From NCBI GenBank assembly GCA_964552975.1, contig CAZKJB010000001.1, forward strand, positions 3,897 through 67,896: a DNA stretch of 64,000 nucleotides. Direction: 5' to 3'. Source of the stretch: an uncultured Terracidiphilus sp. (GTDB taxonomy: Bacteria; Acidobacteriota; Terriglobia; Terriglobales; Acidobacteriaceae). Under the pieces are notes generated by a model. The model was not told where the DNA came from and searched no databases. It saw only the letters and a program-made list of their open reading frames with translations. Positions 18,405-28,782 of the stretch are shown piece by piece (position 1 is the first letter of the stretch; each line of letters starts with the position of its first letter). The position numbers and the translations under genes are program-made.

Positions 18405-20309
18405 ATGTGCGGAATTTGCGGAAAACTCGCCCTCGATCGTGAAGCAGTGGTGTCGCCCATGCTTGTGAAAGCCATGGCAGACACGATCCGTCATCGCGGA
18501 CCCGACGATGACGGCTATTACACTGCGGGGCAAATTGCGCTCGGTTTCCGCCGGCTCTCAATCATTGATTTGAAAAGCGGTCATCAGCCGCTCGCCAACG
18601 AAGACGATTCAGTCTGGATTGTTTTCAATGGCGAGATTTACAACTATCAGGAACTCCGCACATTCCTGTTGAGCAAGGGCCATACTTTCAAGACGCGCAC
18701 CGATACCGAGGTGATCGTCCATCTCTATGAAGAGATGGGCGTCGACTGCCTCAAGAAACTGCGCGGGATGTTCGCCTTTGCCATCTGGGACGGGAAGGCG
18801 AGAACGCTCCTTCTGGCAAGAGATCGCGTCGGCATCAAGCCGCTTTATTATCATCTTTCCGATCGAGCGTTGACGTTCGCGTCAGAGATCAAGGCGATTC
18901 TTGCCGACCCCGAAATCGATCCAGTAATCGCGCCCGAAATGATCGATCGCTTCCTCACGTTTCTATACGTACCAGGCGAAGATACGCTCCTTCAGGGAAT
19001 CAAAAAGCTGGCTCCCGGGCACTATTTGCTTGTAAGCGATGGCAAGGCTGTCGTCCGGCAATATTGGGATCTCGACTTTCCTCAGTCCTTCGAACAACGA
19101 AGCGTCGAGCAGGCAGAATCCCAGTTGCTTGACTTACTTGCAGAAACAGTCAAGCAGCACATGATCGCTGATGTGCCTGTCGGCGTTCTCCTCAGCGGAG
19201 GAGTCGATTCGACAGGCGTGCTCAGTCTCGCTGTCAATCAGACCGACAAGAAGGTGAGCACGTTCACGGTGGGTTTCTCGGGGCAACAGGTCGTCGACGA
19301 GCGGCCGTATGCCCGGATCGCCGCGGAAAAGTATGGCACCGAGCACTTCGAAACCACCATTGAGGCCAGCGATTTTGCCGCCTTCCTACCAAAGTACGTC
19401 TGGCATATGGAAGAACCGGTCTGTGAGCCACCGGCAGTTGCGCTTTATTTTGTTTCGAAGATGGCGCGCGAGCACGTGACGGTTCTACTCTCCGGAGAAG
19501 GTGGCGACGAAGCGTTTGCGGGCTACAGCAACTATCGCAACCTGGTTTGGCTTGAGCGGCTCAAGCGTGGCGGATTTCTGCTGAATGGCGCGTTGGCCAT
19601 GGGAATGTCGTGGGCAGACAGCCTGCTTCCAAGTTCCCGGCTTGCCGAATATGTTCCTCTGATGAGCGATCGCTTTCCTGATTATTATTTGAGCCGGACT
19701 GCGAATCCGCACCGCACCACGGGCAATGGACTTGGACGTGTATATTCCGCGGAATTCGCCAAGTCGATCGATCGCGAACGGAGCCTCGAGCCAGTGCGCG
19801 CACTGCAGGAGCATATGCGTGGCAAGAATGCACTCCAGGCAATGCTCTATATCGATACAAAAACCTGGCTACCCGACGATCTCCTGATTAAAGCGGATAA
19901 GATGACGATGGCCAACTCGATCGAATTGCGTGTGCCGCTGCTTGATCACAAGGTACTGGAATTTGCCGCTTCGCTTCCGTCTCACATGAAGCTCAACGGC
20001 TTCAGCACGAAGTACATTCTCAAGAAGGCGCTCGCGGACAAGATTCCCAGAGAGATTCGCGAGCGAAAGAAAGCTGGATTCCCTGTTCCGTACAATTCGT
20101 GGCTGCGCAACGAATTGCGTGACACAGTTCGAGATGTATTGACAGACAGCAAGACGACTAGCCGTGGCTACTTCCAGAAAGATGCGATCGAGAAATTACT
20201 CGTCGCTGACGCAAACGGCAAGAACCGATCCAAAGAGATCTTCTCCTTGCTTACCCTCGAACTTTGGCAGCGTGCATTCCTGGAGAGAGCAAGTGTTGTT
20301 CTCCAGTAG
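18405..20309 (+). CDS. asnB: Asparagine synthase (glutamine-hydrolysing)-family amidotransferase
   Basis: MCGI N-terminal Cys, HRGPDD, FNGEIYN, LSGGVDS, SGEGGDE. Confidence 0.93.
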   Translation: MCGICGKLALDREAVVSPMLVKAMADTIRHRGPDDDGYYTAGQIALGFRRLSIIDLKSGHQPLANEDDSVWIVFNGEIYNYQELRTFLLSKGHTFKTRTDTEVIVHLYEEMGVDCLKKLRGMFAFAIWDGKARTLLLARDRVGIKPLYYHLSDRALTFASEIKAILADPEIDPVIAPEMIDRFLTFLYVPGEDTLLQGIKKLAPGHYLLVSDGKAVVRQYWDLDFPQSFEQRSVEQAESQLLDLLAETVKQHMIADVPVGVLLSGGVDSTGVLSLAVNQTDKKVSTFTVGFSGQQVVDERPYARIAAEKYGTEHFETTIEASDFAAFLPKYVWHMEEPVCEPPAVALYFVSKMAREHVTVLLSGEGGDEAFAGYSNYRNLVWLERLKRGGFLLNGALAMGMSWADSLLPSSRLAEYVPLMSDRFPDYYLSRTANPHRTTGNGLGRVYSAEFAKSIDRERSLEPVRALQEHMRGKNALQAMLYIDTKTWLPDDLLIKADKMTMANSIELRVPLLDHKVLEFAASLPSHMKLNGFSTKYILKKALADKIPREIRERKKAGFPVPYNSWLRNELRDTVRDVLTDSKTTSRGYFQKDAIEKLLVADANGKNRSKEIFSLLTLELWQRAFLERASVVLQ

Positions 20310-21375
20310 GCAGCGCCGAAGGGCGCTCGATTTGGCAAGTAAAGTTTTCGCGCATACTCCTGGCTCGCGGCGCGTGGCGCAGTTGCTGGGGCGCTCCTCT
20401 TCGCTGCGATGCATGGTCTTTCACAACATTGCGGAGAAGGAATCCCCGTTCACTGCCGGGATCGGCGTGAATGCATCGCCTCAGGAATTCGAAGCTACGC
20501 TCCTGTTCGTAAACAAGTACTATTCGCCTGTGAGCTTGCAGGAGATTCTGGAAAACACGAATGGCCGCAAACTGCCATCGAATGCGTTACTGTTGACCTT
20601 TGATGACGCTTATGCGTCGGTTGCGGAGATTGCAGCGCCCCTCTGCAAACAGCTGAACATACCGGCAGTTTTCTTTGTCAATGCTGCCTTTGTCGATAAT
20701 CGACGGCTTGCACCCGATAACCTGGTCTGCTATGTTGCCGACCGCTTCGGACTGGAGCAGATCAACGCCGCTGTTCGAGTAGTCTTTGGCGAAAAGCTAC
20801 CCGTTCTGCGGTCCGTTGGCGAGGTTTTCGGAACGTTCTTCCCCGCCATCTCTCTGCGAGAGCGCGACTCCTTCCTTGGTGCGCTTCGAGAATTGACCGG
20901 AATCGACGAACAAAAACTCGCGGCCGAGTCGAAGTTGTACTTAACGAGTGAGCAGGTACGTAGCTTACAATCATTCGGCTTCGAAATCGGAAACCACACT
21001 TTCACCCACACGCACTCGAGACAGCTCAGTGTGGAAGAACTTGGGCCAGAGATCGTCCGGAACAAGACCGCATTAGGAGCAATGTCTGGAACGCAGATAA
21101 GGGCTTTCAGCCAGCCGTATGGCTCTTCGAAGGATGTTACTCCGGAATTGGCAAGAGTTTTGCGGCAATCGGGCCATGAGGCTGTCTTCCTCAGTGAAAG
21201 TACCGCGAATCCGCGGAATCTCGATCTCTTTCGACTCGACCGCGTTAACTGTGGAACCAGAAAAGCTGAAGCGCTTTTCTTTGACTTGGAAGTGATGCCC
21301 CGCTTGCGGGCGGTTCGCGACCAGCTCCTGCAACGACGGGCTATTTTGTCGCATCAGAACGACCATACGGTCTGA
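20293..21375 (+). CDS. Polysaccharide deacetylase (NodB/CE4)
   Basis: LTFDDAY, GNHTFTH, FSQPYG; GTG 20293 preceded by GGAGAG (ORF is open from 20164). Confidence 0.88.
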   Translation: MLFSSRQRRRALDLASKVFAHTPGSRRVAQLLGRSSSLRCMVFHNIAEKESPFTAGIGVNASPQEFEATLLFVNKYYSPVSLQEILENTNGRKLPSNALLLTFDDAYASVAEIAAPLCKQLNIPAVFFVNAAFVDNRRLAPDNLVCYVADRFGLEQINAAVRVVFGEKLPVLRSVGEVFGTFFPAISLRERDSFLGALRELTGIDEQKLAAESKLYLTSEQVRSLQSFGFEIGNHTFTHTHSRQLSVEELGPEIVRNKTALGAMSGTQIRAFSQPYGSSKDVTPELARVLRQSGHEAVFLSESTANPRNLDLFRLDRVNCGTRKAEALFFDLEVMPRLRAVRDQLLQRRAILSHQNDHTV

Positions 21376-21388
21376 AAAGAAGGAAACA

Positions 21389-21625
21389 ATGACTCGTGAA
21401 GAATTCCTTTTAGAAATGGATGAGCTTCTTGGGTTGCGTCCCGGCGCTCTTCGTGGGGACGAAAAGCTTGAGGAACTTGACAACTGGGACTCCACCGCCC
21501 TCATCGGGCTAATTGCCCTTGCCGACTTAGCCACCAATACCGAAATCACTCCCGATCAGGTGATTGGTTGCACGACAGTCGCCGACCTGTTGCGATTAGC
21601 TAAGGTTGACGGTCGACCGGAGTAG
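21389..21625 (+). CDS. Acyl carrier protein
   Basis: 78 aa, acidic, WDST phosphopantetheine-site motif, TVADL; AAGGA SD. Confidence 0.85.
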   Translation: MTREEFLLEMDELLGLRPGALRGDEKLEELDNWDSTALIGLIALADLATNTEITPDQVIGCTTVADLLRLAKVDGRPE

Positions 21626-21718
21626 TGCGGGACGCGAGGGTGCACGAGCGTGCCGTCGAAAATCGTCAATTCCGGCGCGCTGGCTAGGTCCGATCTGCGA
21701 TCACCTTAGGCAGCGGAG

Positions 21719-23584
21719 ATGAAACGAATGGCATCTGAAGATCTGAAAGACATGCAGTTTCCAATTTCTCCGGCGGTCATTCTGCGAAAGCGGCGTTCGC
21801 TGAGGAACGAGCTGATTGCTCGCGCCAATCTCTTACCGATCCGAGTTGCAATTCTAGGTGGTTCGACCACAACTGAAGTCAGAAGCGTATTGGAACTATT
21901 TCTTCTTTATTACGGGCTGCGCCCCACATTCTATGAGTCTGGATATAACCGGTACTCTGAAGACGTCCACTTCCAGAGTCAGGATTTGGTCGAGTTCAAA
22001 CCTGACATTGTATTCCTTCACACCACTTGGCAAAATGTTTCTCAATTTCCCGAGTTATTGGAGAGTGAAGAAAGAGTCGAGCAGCGTGTAAAGGAAGAAG
22101 TCGCGCGGTTCGAGGCCATTTGGGAAGCGATTCACGCGAAGCTCGGCGCGATCATCATCCAGAACAATTTTGATCTGCCACCGTTGAGACCGCTCGGCAA
22201 CCTCGAAGCATCGGAATCCTATACGCGGGTGAATTTTCTGATGCGGCTGAACGCAGAGATGGCAGCCTACGCTCGCCGGCATCCCAACTTCTTAATCAAC
22301 GATATCCACTATCTCTCAGCGCAGGTTGGGTTGGACAAATGGTGCGGACCTACTTACTGGTACAGCTTTCACATGGCTGTCAGTCCGGCCGCGACTGTCA
22401 CGCTGGCGCAAAACGTAGCAGCCTTTATTAAGTCGGTATACGGGAAAACCAAAAAGTGCCTTGTTCTCGACCTCGACAATACGCTATGGGGCGGAGTCAT
22501 CGGCGACGATGGCTTACAGAATTTGCTTTTGGGCAAAGATCATTCAGTCGGAGAAGCCTTCCTTGATTTCCAAAAATATGTCAAGGATCTGAAACAGCGG
22601 GGCGTAATCCTGGCGGTCTGCTCAAAAAATGATCCTGCAAATGCAAGAGAAGGCTTTTCGCACCCGGACAGCGTTTTGACTTTGGACGATTTCAGCGCGT
22701 TTAAAGCCAATTGGGACCCAAAGCCGGCAAGCATTCGTGCCATCGCCGCCGAACTGAATATCGGCCTGGACAGCATTGTGTTTGTTGACGACAACCCCGC
22801 CGAACGCGCTCTTGTTGCCCGCGAGTTACCTGAGGTTGCCACTCCGGATATCGGCTCCGATGTGGCACGCTTTGCTCAGGTGCTTGAAGCAGAGCACTAC
22901 TTTGATGTGCACGCGATCGTTAAAGATGACCTGAGCCGGTCGGATTACTACAAGTCGAACCAGCAACGAGATGCATATCGAGGGAGCTTCAGCGATTACG
23001 GAGACTTTCTTGCATCACTGGAAATGACGGCGGAGATCGCACCATTTTCGTCTGTCTACCTGGAACGAATCACGCAATTAATCAACAAGACCAACCAATT
23101 CAATCTCACAACAAGACGATATACAGCAGCCGAAGTCGAAGCCATCGCGCAAGACCCATCGTACGTTACGCTCTATGGCCGCCTTATAGACCGATTTGGC
23201 GACAATGGTTTGGTTTCGGTGATCATCGGGCGCGCAACCAACGACACGCTTGAGATCGACCTTTGGCTTATGAGTTGCCGCGTTCTCAACCGCGAGATGG
23301 AGTTGGCAATGTTCGATGTGCTCACTCAAGCTTGCCAGGCGCGGAATGTGCGCAAGATGATCGGACTCTATATCCCGTCGAAAAAGAACAACATGGTTGC
23401 CAGCCACTATTCTGGACTCGGTTTCACGCGCGATCCACGGAGCACAAACGATCTGCAACTCTGGGCATTCGATGTACATGGGAACGAGCCGGCGAAGTCA
23501 AAGCACATTCGCATACTGGCAAATTCAGTGGATGGTAAAGGTAGCCGCGAACACGCGGTCGTCGGGGCTCAGGCGAGTTCGTAA
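21719..23584 (+). CDS. fkbH: FkbH-family HAD-IIIC glyceryl-ACP synthase
   Basis: DLDNTLWGG, CSKND, FVDDNPAE, KTNQFN, DRFGDNG, LMSCRV. Confidence 0.92.
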   Translation: MKRMASEDLKDMQFPISPAVILRKRRSLRNELIARANLLPIRVAILGGSTTTEVRSVLELFLLYYGLRPTFYESGYNRYSEDVHFQSQDLVEFKPDIVFLHTTWQNVSQFPELLESEERVEQRVKEEVARFEAIWEAIHAKLGAIIIQNNFDLPPLRPLGNLEASESYTRVNFLMRLNAEMAAYARRHPNFLINDIHYLSAQVGLDKWCGPTYWYSFHMAVSPAATVTLAQNVAAFIKSVYGKTKKCLVLDLDNTLWGGVIGDDGLQNLLLGKDHSVGEAFLDFQKYVKDLKQRGVILAVCSKNDPANAREGFSHPDSVLTLDDFSAFKANWDPKPASIRAIAAELNIGLDSIVFVDDNPAERALVARELPEVATPDIGSDVARFAQVLEAEHYFDVHAIVKDDLSRSDYYKSNQQRDAYRGSFSDYGDFLASLEMTAEIAPFSSVYLERITQLINKTNQFNLTTRRYTAAEVEAIAQDPSYVTLYGRLIDRFGDNGLVSVIIGRATNDTLEIDLWLMSCRVLNREMELAMFDVLTQACQARNVRKMIGLYIPSKKNNMVASHYSGLGFTRDPRSTNDLQLWAFDVHGNEPAKSKHIRILANSVDGKGSREHAVVGAQASS

Positions 23585-23665
23585 ACTTTTGGCCAGCGCG
23601 CAACGCCCCCCATCTGGCGACGCGGCCCGGCTGGCTCATTAACAGGAAAGTAATATCCGACCTCA

Positions 23666-24763
23666 ATGTCCGATTCAATCTGGCAAATCGAAGTGGATCA
23701 AGCCTCTGGAGACCAGTGGTCGCAGATGCTCGAACTCTTCGACGACGCCAACATTTATCAAACGGCGGCCTACGGCGAGATTCACTGGGGCGCAAAACAC
23801 CTGAGCCGGCTTGTGCTCAAACGCAATGGAAACATCGTCAGCGTGGCCCAGCTCAGAATCGTTCAGCCGAGCCCGCTCAAGTTTGGTATCGCTTACCTGC
23901 GATGGGGGCCGCTTTGGGAACGGGGGGGAGAGGCATTCGATTCGGAGGTGCCTTCTCGCATGGCGCGCGCCATTGAAGGCGAATATGTAAAAAAACGGCG
24001 TCTCTTTGTACGGATTCTCCCAAACGCATTCGCCGGCTCTCCACGTGCTCAGATATTTCAATCCGCATTTTCCTCGTTTACTTCTGAGCACCAGGCAGCT
24101 GGAAGCAATTACCGGACATTCGTCGTCGATCTCGCGCCGCCAATTGAAGAATTACGAAGCAAACTGGATGCGAAATGGCGAAACAAGTTGAAACAAGCTG
24201 AAAAAAACCATCTGACCGTTGTGATGGGAAATGGGTGTGAGGAGTTCCGGGCCTTCTGTGAAATGTATGCGCAGATGCGGAACCGGAAGACTTTTGAAAC
24301 GACGGTGGATGTGGAAGAATTCGCCAGAATGCAGGCAGTGTTGCCGGAACCGCAGCGGATGCAGGTCTTCATTTGCAAGGATGCTGACGTTCCTTTCGCA
24401 GGCGTAGTCGTGACTGCAATTGGCGATACTGCAATTTATCTCTTAGGCGCCACGAGCGATGCCGGCTTGAATGCCCGGGGAGCATATCTTCTGCACTGGA
24501 AGGCGATGTCGTGGCTCAAGGAGAATGGCGTCAAGCGGTACGATCTCGGTGGCATCGACCCGGAAGGAAATCCCGGAGTGTATTACTTCAAAAGAGGATT
24601 TTCCGGCGCGGATCTTTGCCACATCGCTCCAATTAACGCCTCAGAAAGTCGGGTCTCATCCGCGATCGCGAATCTGGGTTCGCTTGTAAGGCGGGTGTCC
24701 CGGTCATCGCACCGGCCCCTAAATCGTCTCAGGCCGACTGAGGAACCTGTTTCATCCGTCTGA
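23666..24763 (+). CDS. FemAB/GNAT-superfamily acyl or aminoacyl transferase
   Basis: NIYQT, GPLW, KWRNKLKQAEK, YDLGG, GVYYFKRGF. Confidence 0.82.
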   Translation: MSDSIWQIEVDQASGDQWSQMLELFDDANIYQTAAYGEIHWGAKHLSRLVLKRNGNIVSVAQLRIVQPSPLKFGIAYLRWGPLWERGGEAFDSEVPSRMARAIEGEYVKKRRLFVRILPNAFAGSPRAQIFQSAFSSFTSEHQAAGSNYRTFVVDLAPPIEELRSKLDAKWRNKLKQAEKNHLTVVMGNGCEEFRAFCEMYAQMRNRKTFETTVDVEEFARMQAVLPEPQRMQVFICKDADVPFAGVVVTAIGDTAIYLLGATSDAGLNARGAYLLHWKAMSWLKENGVKRYDLGGIDPEGNPGVYYFKRGFSGADLCHIAPINASESRVSSAIANLGSLVRRVSRSSHRPLNRLRPTEEPVSSV

Positions 24764-24781
24764 GCCAGGAACGGATCCCCT

Positions 24782-25750
24782 ATGCCCGTGGATTTGTCTA
24801 TCGTCATCGTCGCTTGGAATGCGAAGCACTATCTGGAGTTGTGTCTCGACAGCCTGGCCAAAAATCCGCCGCGACGCAGCATGGAAGTGCTCGTTGTCGA
24901 CAATGCTTCTGCAGATGCAACCGTTGAAATGGTCGAAAGCAAGTTCCCTTGGGTGAAGCTGATCAAGAGCAAGGAAAACCTGGGATTTGCGAAGGGCAAC
25001 AACGTTGCCATTCGCCAGTGCGAAGGACGATACGTTGCGCTTGTCAATCCGGACGTCATTGTTTTTCCGGAATGCCTGGATAAACTGGCCGATTTCCTCG
25101 ATCAAAATCCAGATGTCGGGGATGTGGGGCCGCGGGTCTTTAATCCCGACATGACCCAGCAGAGCACGTGCCGTCGCTTCCCTTCGTTATGGAATAACTT
25201 TTGCTCGGCGACTTATCTCGAGCGAATCTTTTCGAAGAATAGATTCTTCGCCGGTGAGCACATGTTTTATTTCGCCCACGACCGCACTCGTGACGTTGAT
25301 GTGATTGTGGGCTGTTTTTCCATGATCCGTCGCGAGGCTTTTGATCAGGTTGGCTTGCTGGATGAAGGTTTGTTCATGTACGGCGACGACGTGGATTGGT
25401 GCCGGCGCGCACGGAACGCTGGATGGAGAGTGGTATTTTACCCGGGCGCGCAGGCGATTCACGATCCGGGGAAGACAACAAAAGCATATCCTGCTCATTT
25501 CGCCGTGGCCCAGCAGCGTTCGGTGCTGCGTTATTGGAAGAAGAACCACTCGATGATCGGAGTTCTCGGCATACAGCTGGTCATGGTCATTCACCATGTA
25601 CTACGCTATGCCACCGCGACTCTTGCGGGTTTCACCCAATCTGGCAAAACGCCCCTGAGTGAGGTACGTAAAAAAATAAGTGGGGCGTGCCTTCGTCAAT
25701 TGTTTTGCGGGACGTTACCGAGGAAGCCGGAGGAACAGACCGCATCATGA
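24782..25750 (+). CDS. Glycosyltransferase family 2
   Basis: VVDNAS, NLGFAKGNN, VNPD, FMYGDDVDWC. Confidence 0.9.
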   Translation: MPVDLSIVIVAWNAKHYLELCLDSLAKNPPRRSMEVLVVDNASADATVEMVESKFPWVKLIKSKENLGFAKGNNVAIRQCEGRYVALVNPDVIVFPECLDKLADFLDQNPDVGDVGPRVFNPDMTQQSTCRRFPSLWNNFCSATYLERIFSKNRFFAGEHMFYFAHDRTRDVDVIVGCFSMIRREAFDQVGLLDEGLFMYGDDVDWCRRARNAGWRVVFYPGAQAIHDPGKTTKAYPAHFAVAQQRSVLRYWKKNHSMIGVLGIQLVMVIHHVLRYATATLAGFTQSGKTPLSEVRKKISGACLRQLFCGTLPRKPEEQTAS

Positions 25751-26460
25751 GCATTTCAGATGCTACATTACGGATTGCAGATTATTACAAAAGGTATGGT
25801 TTTGCCGCCACGTTGCGGCGTGGACAAATTGCTCTCAACCGATCAATCTTCGCCGCCAGGATGGTCGTCTTCTATTGCGACATGGATGAGCGGAGCTTGC
25901 CGAAAATCAAGGTTCCCGACTCCCTCAAGATTAAGCGCCTCAGAACACTTGGCGAAGTGAGTCAAAATCACCTGCAACAAATTACCGCTTTCTGGACTCC
26001 GAAACTCGCCAATCAGAAAATCCTTGAAAGGTTCAACAATGGCGCTACATTGTGGCTGGTGGAATTTGAAGAGCGCCTTGCAGGCTACGGTTGGACATTG
26101 CGAGGAACAACAATAGCGGAGTATTACTTTCCGATGGGGCCCGCTGATGTGCAATTATTCGATTTCTACGTATTTCCTGAATTTCGCGGCCGCGCATTAC
26201 ACTGGTTTCTTACCGGCTACATTCTGAGGACGCTGGCGGTCGAAGGCGGCGCCAGGGCCTATGCCGACACGCATGAATGGAACCAGGCACAAATCGCTTC
26301 TTTCAAGATGACGCCCTTTCGACGCTTGGGCGTTGTTCGGACTTATCAATTTTTCGGCCATCACCTTACACGCTGGGTCGCACCGGAACAAGAAAAGAAA
26401 GAGTTGAAGAGTGCGCCTCAAGAAGATGAGACTTTAAATGCTCGTAGATCGAATGCCTAG
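25747..26460 (+). CDS. GNAT-family N-acyltransferase
   Basis: DFYVFPEFRGRAL acyl-CoA-binding motif; ATGA overlap with the upstream stop. Confidence 0.72.
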   Translation: MSISDATLRIADYYKRYGFAATLRRGQIALNRSIFAARMVVFYCDMDERSLPKIKVPDSLKIKRLRTLGEVSQNHLQQITAFWTPKLANQKILERFNNGATLWLVEFEERLAGYGWTLRGTTIAEYYFPMGPADVQLFDFYVFPEFRGRALHWFLTGYILRTLAVEGGARAYADTHEWNQAQIASFKMTPFRRLGVVRTYQFFGHHLTRWVAPEQEKKELKSAPQEDETLNARRSNA

Positions 26461-26914
26461 TTCCTCACTTCTTGAAGCAGTTCCCGCTGGCGGGGTTAAG
26501 CTTCACCACTGGGGCTTCGTTTTAGCGTCCATCGAGAAAAGCGCGGAAATGTTTGCGCAGTCCCTTTGCGCGACTTGGGATGGAAAGATCATCTTTGATC
26601 CGTTGCAGAAAGTGCACGTCAGTTTCTTGCGGGGAGCTCATATCGGCGATGCGCTGATCGAATTGGTGGAGCCGGGCGGTCCTGATTCGCCAGTCACACG
26701 GTTTCTGGCGCGCGGAGGTGGTATGCATCACGTGTGCTATGAAGTCGACAATCTCGAGGCCCAGCTGGCTTTCTCCAAGTCCATCAGGTCAACCGTGGTT
26801 CGGAAACCACTTCCGGCGGTTGCGTTTGATGGCCGGCGAATCGCATGGGTTATGACCAGGAACAGACTTTTGATAGAGTATTTGGAAGAAAGCTCCAAAG
26901 AGGGCAACTCTTAG
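26438..26914 (+). CDS. VOC-family (methylmalonyl-CoA epimerase-like) protein
   Basis: HHWG, IELVEP, GGMHHVCYEV, IEYLE metal-ligand pattern; start may be 26453. Confidence 0.85.
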   Translation: MLVDRMPSSSLLEAVPAGGVKLHHWGFVLASIEKSAEMFAQSLCATWDGKIIFDPLQKVHVSFLRGAHIGDALIELVEPGGPDSPVTRFLARGGGMHHVCYEVDNLEAQLAFSKSIRSTVVRKPLPAVAFDGRRIAWVMTRNRLLIEYLEESSKEGNS

Positions 26915-26919
26915 AGACT

Positions 26920-26949
26920 CCGGCAGGTGCCGGCTATTTTACTGTTTTT
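26920..26949 (+). terminator. Putative intrinsic terminator
   Basis: CCGGC-AGGT-GCCGG hairpin followed by CTATTTTACTGTTTTT, directly after the VOC stop codon. Confidence 0.5.
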
Positions 26950-27081
26950 GTCCGACGAACTCTGATTCATTCCACCTTGGCAAACGATGACCTTAGTCAC
27001 ATTGACTCGAAAGTGTACACGCGAGTAACGTTTTCGTAATGTGCCCAGCCAACCCAGCATTAGATTGCAAAGGTGGAAATT

Positions 27082-28764
27082 ATGTCAAAAGTGGTCTGCT
27101 TTCTCCTACATTCCTATAGAGTTGCTCGTTCTTTGAGTCTTCAGCGAAGAGGCTTTTTCATCTCGCTACTGTTCATCACAATCCCCGGTTTCGCGCTGGC
27201 GCAAGGCGGCAGCTGCCCCAGTACCTGGACGTCAATTGATCCCAATGGCAATTCGGTATCCATTGCTTCGTACGCGGGGATCTCAAGTTGCTACTATGCT
27301 TCGAAATCCATCGGCAACGACTCGAATGCTGGAACCAGCGAATCAGCTCCCTGGGCGCACATACCTGGTATGGCTGGATGCAAAGGAAATTGCGCAGCTG
27401 TTTCACCCTCAGCTGGTGAAGGATTTATTTTGCGCGGCGGGGATACCTGGTCAGGATCGGACGTCGGGATCGCTTGGAATTGGCTGGCCTCAAGTTCACA
27501 CTGGAACTACATCGGCGTCGATCCGAACTGGTATTCCGGAGGCTCATGGGCGCGGCCAATATTCAATATGTCTGGCGCCGCCAATGGCTATGTCATTTTA
27601 GGCAATAGCTCCGGCGCCGGCTATTGGTGGATCGACAATATCGAAATCACGGGAATGAACAACGCGATGAATGGAATCTACGCCCAGGGCGAAACCAATA
27701 TTCGCGCATCCCAGATGTATTTCCATGGGTGGTCCCATACTGGCAATTCGAATAACGTTGGGTTCTTTTCACAAGGCGGAAGTGGTGCCGTGGCGGACCA
27801 CAACGTCATCGATGGATCTGACTCGAGCAAGAATACGATGAACGGGGTGTACTCTGCCTGGTCGATATTCAAATACAACTACGTGAACTACGTCGTCTCT
27901 GCGGTGCTCGGCAACACGGACGAGGTCCACGATAATGTTTTTCAGAACGCTGTAACTTCGGCGGACGGCGACCACTGCAACGAGGTATTCACTTTCTCAC
28001 CCTTGAGTGGCAACTACCAGCTCATCTACAACAACGTCATCGCTTTCGGCACAGCTTGCTCCGGCGGCGTCAATATGTGGTTCAACGGCAATGGCGGGAC
28101 GAACGCGGCCTACGTTGGCTACGGATTTGGAAACGTCATCTACAACACTTCGGGTGGCAATCTGATCAACATCGGCAACCACGGCGCTGGAAACTACGGC
28201 ACATACTACATCTTCAACAACACGCTCGACGGCACAAATGGTGGCTGCGGCGGAACGCTTCCAAGCGGCCCTTACTGGACGCTTTACGAACAGAACAATC
28301 ATTGGATCGCCTGCGGTTTTCCTCCTCTGATTCCGCCCGTCGGCGGTTCTCTTATCGGAGCATGCACCAACGCTTCGGGATCAGGTTGTAATGATCTGGT
28401 TCAATCTCTCTCGGCAGCTAACGCACAAGGATATACCTCGAGCGAGACGGCGCCTTTCTCGCCCGTCAACAGCTGTACTGCCTCGACGTGCGCTACGCTT
28501 CAGGCGGGTGTGAATCTCAATGGCAATCCGGTCTGTGCGACCCTCAATGGCGTCAATGCAGACGCATACAATGCCTGCCAGAAGGGCGGTCCAGGCGGAT
28601 TGAACTACAACACCTCAAACCACACCGTCATAAACGGGCCGAGTCATGCCAACAATTCCCGGCCATCGAGCGGGGCGTGGGACATTGGAGCTTATCAGTT
28701 TGCGAACTCACCAACTCCACAACCGGCCACCAACCTCAAGACAACGGTCGCGCCGCAGAATTGA
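27082..28764 (+). CDS. Secreted right-handed beta-helix (pectin-lyase-like) protein
   Basis: Signal peptide; GNDSNAGTSESAPW N-terminal motif; Asn/Gly-rich repeats; paired Cys; C-terminal WDIGAYQF. Confidence 0.7.
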   Translation: MSKVVCFLLHSYRVARSLSLQRRGFFISLLFITIPGFALAQGGSCPSTWTSIDPNGNSVSIASYAGISSCYYASKSIGNDSNAGTSESAPWAHIPGMAGCKGNCAAVSPSAGEGFILRGGDTWSGSDVGIAWNWLASSSHWNYIGVDPNWYSGGSWARPIFNMSGAANGYVILGNSSGAGYWWIDNIEITGMNNAMNGIYAQGETNIRASQMYFHGWSHTGNSNNVGFFSQGGSGAVADHNVIDGSDSSKNTMNGVYSAWSIFKYNYVNYVVSAVLGNTDEVHDNVFQNAVTSADGDHCNEVFTFSPLSGNYQLIYNNVIAFGTACSGGVNMWFNGNGGTNAAYVGYGFGNVIYNTSGGNLINIGNHGAGNYGTYYIFNNTLDGTNGGCGGTLPSGPYWTLYEQNNHWIACGFPPLIPPVGGSLIGACTNASGSGCNDLVQSLSAANAQGYTSSETAPFSPVNSCTASTCATLQAGVNLNGNPVCATLNGVNADAYNACQKGGPGGLNYNTSNHTVINGPSHANNSRPSSGAWDIGAYQFANSPTPQPATNLKTTVAPQN

Positions 28765-28782
28765 ACAACGTTTCTGACCAGG

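Noticed and set aside
23666-24763. Peptidoglycan cross-bridge FemAB enzyme
   Set aside because: Diderm-type glycan-export context; FemAB-like proteins are recurrent in EPS loci
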